Assembly (NCBI GenBank): GCA_963729995.1
Contig: CAVSPF010000005.1
Coordinates: 24,344 to 88,343, forward strand
Direction: 5' to 3'
DNA from: an uncultured Solirubrobacterales bacterium
GTDB lineage: Bacteria > Actinomycetota > Thermoleophilia > Solirubrobacterales > 70-9
DNA length: 64,000 nucleotides
Part shown: in pieces, positions 38,289-45,272 of the stretch
Layout of the letters: every line of letters begins with the position of its first letter
Numbering within the stretch: position 1 is the first letter of the stretch
Notes under the pieces: model-generated
Databases searched by the model: none
Told to the model about the DNA's origin: nothing
What the model saw: the letters and a program-made list of their open reading frames with translations, nothing else
Translations under genes and position numbers: made by a program

Positions 38289-38954
38289 TCACGCTCGCTC
38301 CCACAGAACTGCCTCTACTTCACCTCCACACCGGCGCCGCTCGACCCGAATCGTCAGATCTGTAATATCGGGAATGCCACGTTCGACCGCTAGCTCAATG
38401 ATGGCGCTTTTGCCGCGGGCTCGCCGACGCTCCTCGAACGGATAGTCAGCCACTGGTAGAAACGTCTTTGATCCACGGGGTTGGGGCTTGTAGAGGGTAC
38501 TTCCTGAGTTAATAGGTGACAGCCGCACACGCTTAAGATGGCGCTGTAGTAGAAGATCAGTATCGACGTGAAGAACATCATGTGACTGATCTCGGTACGC
38601 ATTGGCTCCTAGTAGCGTCTCAAGATGAGGTTCGTCGAGCCAGAAAAATACTCGAGAGTTGAGCACATCAAGCCACTCCTCCAACGTCATATCCGTAAGA
38701 CATTGGCGAAGGGACTTCTCGCGCAATGGGATTTGATCCCGTACGATCGCCTCCCCGTACTCCCCGTGGCACAGGGGAACCGATAAAGGCCTACGCTGCC
38801 GAAGAATCGCCGAGCGTACGGGATCCTTAACCTCGTACAAGTCGATTAGAGCATGGGTAGACAACAGGCCATGCCGCTTGATGCTCTCCCACGAACCCTG
38901 TTGGGCCATGTGGTAAAGCGTCGGGTAATGGCGCACGATGTCAGCAGGATCCAT
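38289..38954 (-). CDS. DarT-like / ART-fold protein (putative ADP-ribosyltransferase; resembles what I recall as DUF7002)
   Basis: Order of motifs: TLYHMAQQGSWESIKRHGLLS (a [FY]H..-type NAD-site His), RVFFWLD, and SAIIELAVERGIP (candidate catalytic Glu). This matches the H / aromatic / E arrangement of DarT. The ATG at 38954 lies 2 nt after the upstream stop. The track uses a TTG at 38963. Confidence 0.5.
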   Translation of the reverse strand: MDPADIVRHYPTLYHMAQQGSWESIKRHGLLSTHALIDLYEVKDPVRSAILRQRRPLSVPLCHGEYGEAIVRDQIPLREKSLRQCLTDMTLEEWLDVLNSRVFFWLDEPHLETLLGANAYRDQSHDVLHVDTDLLLQRHLKRVRLSPINSGSTLYKPQPRGSKTFLPVADYPFEERRRARGKSAIIELAVERGIPDITDLTIRVERRRCGGEVEAVLWERA

Positions 38955-38956
38955 GG

Positions 38957-40564
38957 CTACCAAGCGCGTCGGTCGATCACGCTTCGGACGTGAAAGCGAG
39001 TTGATATCAACGAGACGGGAGCCGCCGCTACACGCTCAACCTCCTCGATAAAGCGAATAGTTTTGGGGGTGAGCTGATCGAAGCGGCGGGCCTGCCGATT
39101 CCTAACGTCGAGATAGTCGACAAAGGTGAGTGCGATGTCGGTTGCGCCATTGATCTCGGAAGCTTTTCGAAGTAGCTCCCAATCGAACTCTCCGACGCGC
39201 CGCTGCTTTTTCGACACCGATCCTTTCTCCACCCGGCGAAGCTCGCCATACGGGATCTTTGAGCGACGGGAAATCTCTCTCCAGTTGGTGCCCTGAGACA
39301 TCCAACCTGAGGTTTTACCTTTAGCCGTAGGGCTCTGTACCCGAATGGGATAAGTACGACAGACGACTATGACTCGGCGCACTCGACTCGGCGAGATGCC
39401 CATCTCAGCGAGACAACCGCTTGCCGTAGTGTCACGGGACGTGACGTGTGGATAGTGGCCGTGGTAATGGCTTAGGCCAGTGCCCTGCGTACCCTCAACC
39501 AGAACGCGGTCTCCGCGAGCGTAGGCATCGACGAGAATCTCATGGGCAGGCGCAATGAATGGCTTTAGTGGAGCGACGTCGCGCGCAAGCCGCATGTCGG
39601 CGCCTCGCTCGAGAATACGACGCGCAGTCGCTGCACCCACGCCTTGCCCAGTTGAGCCGATGTCCTTCACCAAGCCACCCTCAGCCTCGACGTCCGCACC
39701 GCTAATAATCATTGCTTGGGGGTCGATATGAAGTCTTCCGTGCTCCACACCGCAGGCCGCAATCTCGTCAAAGAGGACATCCACATTCAGCACCGCGCCA
39801 GGCCCAATCAGAATCGGCGCCTCGCTAGTAAGCGTTGCCGATGGAAGAAGACGATGGGTAAGCGTTTCGTCGCGTGGCACCTTATGGCCGGCGTTTGGAC
39901 CGCCAACCCGGCAAAGCAAATCGTACTCTGCTCCGATCGCGTAGGCGACATTACCCTTTCCCTCGCTGCCATATTGACCTCCAACGATGACATCCACGAG
40001 GGCACCCGGATCGCGGGCATTTAGACCGAGGTAGCTCGCTGCACGGACCTCGACGTCTTTCTTGGTGTTTTTGCCAGTATCAATGACGATATCGGCGTCG
40101 TGTTCCAACTCCGGAACTCTTCGCTCCGTCGGATCAGCGAGAACCTCGGCATAGCTCGCACGCTCCTTAAATCGTTGCCTTGGCCGCCTCCGATATCGCT
40201 GCTCCAACACCTCCCGCGGCGCGGTGAGGTGGACATGGACGACCTGACTCGGAAATCCATGTCTTAAGGCGTCAATTTGCTCAACAACCCGCGCCGAATC
40301 TATGACCACGACTTTATGTTCGTCCAACGCCGCAATCTGTGGTATGAAGTTCTCGGCCACCCACTTGCCGTTAGTTGCTTTGTCTAAGCGGGTTCCGAAG
40401 CGCTGCATCGCTCCGCGCTCCCGAGGTACTTCGCCGGCTGCCAGCCTTTCAAGGAGAGCGCTCGTCTTTAGATGGACCGCGTCAAAGCGCGCTTCGAGTC
40501 GGCTCGCGAGGGTCGTCTTACCAGCAGAAACAGGCCCCGATAGCACGACCACAACTCGGGCCAT
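38957..40564 (-). CDS. Fusion of a P-loop NMP-kinase-like domain and an adenylosuccinate-synthetase (PurA) homolog
   Basis: N-terminal Walker A LSGPVSAGKTTL. The C-terminal half aligns motif by motif with PurA: GGQYGSEGKGN (PurA GTQWGDEGKGK), GGPNAGHK (GGHNAGHT), IGSTGQGVGAA (IGTTGRGIGPA), EGTQGTGLSHYHGHYPHVTSRDTTASG ([27 protein letters not shown]). Confidence 0.8.
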   Translation of the reverse strand: MARVVVVLSGPVSAGKTTLASRLEARFDAVHLKTSALLERLAAGEVPRERGAMQRFGTRLDKATNGKWVAENFIPQIAALDEHKVVVIDSARVVEQIDALRHGFPSQVVHVHLTAPREVLEQRYRRRPRQRFKERASYAEVLADPTERRVPELEHDADIVIDTGKNTKKDVEVRAASYLGLNARDPGALVDVIVGGQYGSEGKGNVAYAIGAEYDLLCRVGGPNAGHKVPRDETLTHRLLPSATLTSEAPILIGPGAVLNVDVLFDEIAACGVEHGRLHIDPQAMIISGADVEAEGGLVKDIGSTGQGVGAATARRILERGADMRLARDVAPLKPFIAPAHEILVDAYARGDRVLVEGTQGTGLSHYHGHYPHVTSRDTTASGCLAEMGISPSRVRRVIVVCRTYPIRVQSPTAKGKTSGWMSQGTNWREISRRSKIPYGELRRVEKGSVSKKQRRVGEFDWELLRKASEINGATDIALTFVDYLDVRNRQARRFDQLTPKTIRFIEEVERVAAAPVSLISTRFHVRSVIDRRAW

Positions 40565-40568
40565 CGGA

Positions 40569-41948
40569 CTAAACGTCGAGCCTCAGCTCATCGCCGGCAG
40601 GATTAGCAACCTCCTCGATTGGCTTCCCAGGAGGTACGTAGACCTTCACCGGAGTGCCATTTCGCGTAAGCGTTTCCTCGATAATCTCTCGAATGACAAG
40701 CCAACGGCCGCCAGCCTGACCGGCTCCTAGTCGAGGCATGTGAATTGCTGCGCCTTGGTCTTTCGCAAAGTGAGCCACTGTCAGTAACGCGTCGCGGACG
40801 GCGGCATAGCGAATACGGGGCCGTGCGGAGGGTCCGTAGCCATGCTGGCCGACAATCGTGGCTACATATAGGCCGCTACCAACGTCTGTTATATGGGCGT
40901 CGCCTAACCGGAGGCCGCCGTGGTGTGTCTGTGCCCACACTCGGAAGTCATCCTGTGCCTCCGGATACTCCCGCCGTAACGCTCGAGCGAACTCGCCTCC
41001 CCAATTTGGCGTCTTATCATTTACCAAGTGCACAATCACTCGTGCTCCTGACCCGTGCGGCTTAGTGGCGTCACCGTGTACCACAGTAGGCTCGATGTCG
41101 GGAACCGATCGTACTCCGTGAGGCTGCAGTAAGCCGAGCACGCGCGGAAAACGCTGTCCTGGAAATGGCGGCGTACCTACGGCTTGAACCAGGAGATCGC
41201 GAAGGCGATCAGACCAGTCTTCCCGGTCCTTTGCAGTAAAGCCCACAGCAGTGCACTCCGAGAGCACCGAACCGGCGGGCCGCCGTTCACCCCGTGAGAT
41301 GGGCGGCCTCCATGCTCGCGATGGAACCGTATAGTCAATTCGAAATGGCGACGCAGCCGACAGTGGATCGACATGGGCCGCGGCAAACATCGCGACAGGG
41401 TAGGTCGCTAGCTTCGTCGCTCGACGCAAAAGTACCTCCGTAGAGACACCATACGCCTCACGCAGTTCCAGGAGATGCTCTATCTGCGACGGGCCCTCCC
41501 GTAACGCGGGAAGGGTGTCCGCCGGCATCAGAAACTCAGCAGCGATTATGTTGCAGAGAAGCTCAAGCTGCCAACCGTCTGGCGGGTCGGCCGCTGGATT
41601 ATTGCGATAGCGAGAGACTCTCGCGACATCTGGGAAGAGGGTATGCGCCAACTCATGGGCGAGGGAAAAGCGGACGCGATACTTGGGCCGCGTCGGGTTG
41701 TACTCAATTACGAGTTTCCGACCGATCGGAAGCGTCCGCGCATCCAGTAGTTCGTCCTTGGGGACCACCTCAATCCCCAGAATCTCCGCCAACTCGAGAG
41801 GATCAAACGGCGGACCTTCCCAGCCTTTCTCGACGGCACCAAAGACAACGTCTTGTGCTGCCTTTTCGGCAGCTTCAATGGGATCACGATCCCGCGCGAA
41901 ATCGAGGACGGATTCATTGGTCCAATAAGCCGACATCTCGAAGATCAC
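40569..41948 (-). CDS. Fusion of an ImmA/IrrE-type zinc metallopeptidase and a macrodomain (DarG/TARG1-like)
   Basis: HEXXH in RFSLAHELAHTLF with ImmA-like context. The C-terminus has GDATKP..RVIVHLVNDKTPNWGGEFARAL..YPEA and IHMPRLGAGQAGGRW, which are macrodomain motifs. GGAGG lies 5 nt before the GTG at 41948. The track uses a TTG at 41960. Confidence 0.75.
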   Translation of the reverse strand: MIFEMSAYWTNESVLDFARDRDPIEAAEKAAQDVVFGAVEKGWEGPPFDPLELAEILGIEVVPKDELLDARTLPIGRKLVIEYNPTRPKYRVRFSLAHELAHTLFPDVARVSRYRNNPAADPPDGWQLELLCNIIAAEFLMPADTLPALREGPSQIEHLLELREAYGVSTEVLLRRATKLATYPVAMFAAAHVDPLSAASPFRIDYTVPSRAWRPPISRGERRPAGSVLSECTAVGFTAKDREDWSDRLRDLLVQAVGTPPFPGQRFPRVLGLLQPHGVRSVPDIEPTVVHGDATKPHGSGARVIVHLVNDKTPNWGGEFARALRREYPEAQDDFRVWAQTHHGGLRLGDAHITDVGSGLYVATIVGQHGYGPSARPRIRYAAVRDALLTVAHFAKDQGAAIHMPRLGAGQAGGRWLVIREIIEETLTRNGTPVKVYVPPGKPIEEVANPAGDELRLDV

Positions 41949-41965
41949 TCTAGCCTCCAAAGAGG

Positions 41966-42319
41966 CTATATCGATGGAGCGGAGTGGCTCAGACCCTGCA
42001 AGCTGCCAAGGAGGAGCCAGGCAAACTCCATTGTCGCCCGCAAATGGCCTCTACAGCCATCCCACGCTGGCTCAGAGGGCAATCCATCGAGCAAGGCGAC
42101 CACGTTGTCCAGCCCAAGCTTTAACGCCTGCCGGTCCTTGTTGTGCGATCGCTCAACTACAGCCGCCGTTAGAAGGAACAATTCCTTGGCCGAGGGAATC
42201 TCGCCTCGGGCGACGCGGCTCGCAATTCGCCCCGAAGCCCGCGCCACATGCTCGGTTACGGTCGCTTCGGACGGCGTCGTCATGAAAGCGAGACGTTCGT
42301 TGGGAACAAGTGAGGACAC
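41966..42319 (-). CDS. Small hypothetical protein, first gene of the operon
   Basis: 117-aa ORF (GTG start, no clear SD). Its stop lies 17 nt before the next start. It occupies the position an ImmR-type partner would take, but I see no HTH motif. Confidence 0.4.
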   Translation of the reverse strand: MSSLVPNERLAFMTTPSEATVTEHVARASGRIASRVARGEIPSAKELFLLTAAVVERSHNKDRQALKLGLDNVVALLDGLPSEPAWDGCRGHLRATMEFAWLLLGSLQGLSHSAPSI

Positions 42320-42483
42320 CCGTGCAGGGCTTTTGTCTCAGCCGCAAGCATGCAGCGGGGCCACAAAGGATTCGAGTGCCATTCCGGGAACTGCAATCAA
42401 CGGCGCATCCTGAGATCAGCTCAGGCTGAGTTCCAATCGAGAAGTTCCCCCGTGTTACCTGAGCCCGGTGAGCAACACGGTGC

Positions 42484-42512
42484 TTGACAGAGTGTGTGCA
42501 TTTCGGTACTAT
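42484..42512 (+). promoter_or_regulatory. Near-consensus sigma70/SigA-type promoter pointing into the right inverted repeat
   Basis: TTGACA (42484..42489), a 17-nt spacer, then TACTAT (42507..42512, fits TAnnnT). It lies in the AT-richer region divergent from the operon. Confidence 0.5.
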
Positions 42513-42555
42513 CAGTTTCCATTGCACTGTCACTATTCACTCCGTTGCCACTCAC

Positions 42556-43205
42556 CCAATCCCTTGCGGAATTGCGCACAGATCCCTTCTCTCTGTGTTG
42601 AGAGGTCCTTCTATCCCTGTTGCTTTCCCTAGGCCCAGTAGGGCCTTTGCGTCCCTGCAACCCCTGCGGGAATCCGTAACTGTAGGGAAACGGCGTGGTT
42701 TCCACAAGAGACAAAACCTTCCTCCTGTTGGCCAGAGCCTCAGCTCGTGGCCAAGTCCACAACTGGGCAGCTGACCGCAACCAGCGGCCCGATGGCGCCC
42801 CAAGAGATTGTGCGGATATCCGTGCTAAGTCGGGTGTTTAGAGAAGTGTCAAGTCACTCGAAACAGCACCTGCGCCTCGACCTACGTCTGAGGCGCGGGT
42901 GGAGCCGAGCCACCGTCTTTGGGCCCGATCGGAATTGGACCGAGTTCTACAAAGCGATGGATACAAGAGTGCCCCGGGCCGGATTCGAACCGGCGACCTG
43001 CCGCTTAGGAGGCGGCCGCTCTTTCCAGCTGAGCTACCGGGGCAATGGCCTCGATTATCGCGCCTCCGGGTTGGAACAAAGGTTGGGACAAATCTGCCCT
43101 CTGACGCCCTGGCGGCCGTTGGCGTCTTTCTTCGAAACCGCATTGGCAAGCCACTTTCGGGATTTCAAGCCAGTTCAGGACTTGACAAACTGACGCTCCT
43201 AAGGA
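42556..43205 (-). repeat. Right copy of the 650-bp perfect inverted repeat
   Basis: Reverse complement of 34586..35235 (coordinates sum to 77791). Ends with the core CTCCTAAGGA at 43196..43205. Confidence 0.9.
42970..43043 (-). tRNA. tRNA-Arg(CCT), element-borne copy 2
   Basis: Identical to the copy at 34748..34821, in inverted orientation. Confidence 0.92.
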
Positions 43206-43317
43206 ACCCTTCGTAGCGCGACAGCGGGCGAACGGTTACCTCCCTCAAAGCCACTCGTAGAGCCGAATTAGGCTGATCGAGAGTGGAGCAGATCCGCCGC
43301 TTGTTCGACAGGTTGGA
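43196..43317 (+). repeat. Left copy of the 122-bp perfect inverted repeat (core + integrase-proximal arm + first 35 nt of int)
   Basis: Checked base by base against the reverse complement of 44994..45115 and found identical. With the adjacent 650-bp repeat it forms an intact attP-like junction in inverted orientation. Confidence 0.9.
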
Positions 43318-44993
43318 CCGACTGGAGAGTCGCCAGCGCGAGCGCTCGGAGAGCGATCAGCACCCGGCCAAGAACCTATGGCTACGGACGCCGAAACGGG
43401 CGACGGCGCCGCTGAAAGGCAGCCTGATGCTGGGGGGATTAGGCCGGAACAGCGGGATGCCGCTCTGGCTCTCGAGCCCTGCGTCTTCGGGCTTGACGCT
43501 CGCCCTCTTTAGCGGCACGAGCCCGCCGCCGACTCTGGGCCTCCCGCTGAGGGCCCTCTCGCTCGTCGGGCTTGAATGGATTCTGTTCGACTCCGAGCCG
43601 AGCCCGCCGACACTCGTCCTCGATCTCAAACGGCGGCTGGCCGAAGTAGCGGGCGATCAGGTGGCTGTAGTAACGCTGCAGGGTCTCGATGTCGTGTGCC
43701 GCCCACCCGGCAAGCAAGTGCAGGTTCATTCCGTGGGGTCCCATCACCAGGGTTGAGTGAAGGGCCATCGAAATTGCCGTATGGCGACAGTCGTAAAAGG
43801 TCATTCTGTGGAGCCCGACGGGTGCGTCCGGCGCTTGCGCCGCGGCGGTCCGGGCCGGAATCCACACTCTTTTGACCCACTGGTTGTAGTTGTTCTTTGT
43901 CCACGCCAGCGGTACCGGTTCGCCCCCATCCTCTGGCGTCACCCATATAGGCCCTTCGTCACCAAGGGCCTGAAAGACCAAACCATTCTGCGGCTGAGGC
44001 CCGAAGCGATCCTCCAGCGCTTCGCGGTAGACGGCGATGCGATCCCAGGCGTTGGGGAGAACGAGGGCGACGTGCGCCCCCGTCTTCAAGCCTGGGATGA
44101 CTTCCGGATCGCCCTGGCGCGCCCGCTGCAGCTCGACCGTCCCGATCCCGGCGCTTGGGTCTGGCGGGGCAAACAGATTTTCCCAGGCGGCCGACAGACG
44201 CCATTCGGATGGTCGCGAGGCGATGGTGTAGCCCATCGCTGCCACTAAGGCGGCATCGCGGAGCGGCAACAGATCATCACGCGCTGGACGAGCCAGCACC
44301 GCCTCGATGATCCGCTCCAAGCCGATCGCATCAGCGGCGTAGGCGAGGCGCGATTTGCTCTGCTTGGGAAGCTGGATCAGTCCCGACAGCTCCACGGTAA
44401 GAGCGTTTGGGTGCCGGCGCCTTCCCCAGCGCATGACGGCTCGAAACAGTTTCAGGATTTCTCGTCGCTTTGATTGCTTCAAACCGTCGGCGATCAGTTC
44501 ATCCTGAAAGCGGACAAGAGTCGCGGGGTCCGCTGAAATTCGATCAAGTCGTGTTCGTCCGATTGGTCGCGGCTCGATCTCCTTCGCCCAAAATTTGGCC
44601 GACCTCTCGTGGTATTCCTGGCTCACTTCCGGTCCGTGGTTCACGATCCACTCGCGGAGAAGATCGTTCGGAGTCATGGCGCAGGCCGGGTCGACTCTGA
44701 CCACCGCGCCGTCGACCTTGACCGCTTCGCGGGCTTCCGCGAGGAAGGTGACCGCCGCCTCCAACGCTCGATCCAACGAGCCCAGCTTGCGCTCCGAGAA
44801 CGAACGGCTCGGATGACGCCTGATCCCGTTGTGGTCCTCCTCCCACCAGCGACTCCGGTAGCCGACGATGACGCCGTCGGCCTTGCGGGTGGTGGCGGAA
44901 ATGCCATCGGGAAGCTCATTGCCGTGGTGATCGGTGCCTGTCTCTCTCACCTCCAAAGCCATCCGTTCCAGCCCCTTTTGTCCCAACCTCTGT

Positions 44994-45147
<154 letters not shown>

Positions 45148-45272
45148 AGGCAACGCAGATTATTCCGCTGCCGGGTCGGGGGGCTTGGGCGGCGGCGTGC
45201 TGAGGAGCGAGGGCGGTGCGCGCCACCCCTCCGTTCCCCCCGCGCCCAATTTCAGCCTTTACAGTCATACAC

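Noticed and set aside
43283-43756. 157-aa + strand ORF beginning MEQIRRLFDRL
   Set aside because: Only its first 35 nt are the duplicated integrase start. The rest is antisense to the integrase 3' end and downstream region. It is a by-product of the 122-bp inverted repeat rather than a gene.
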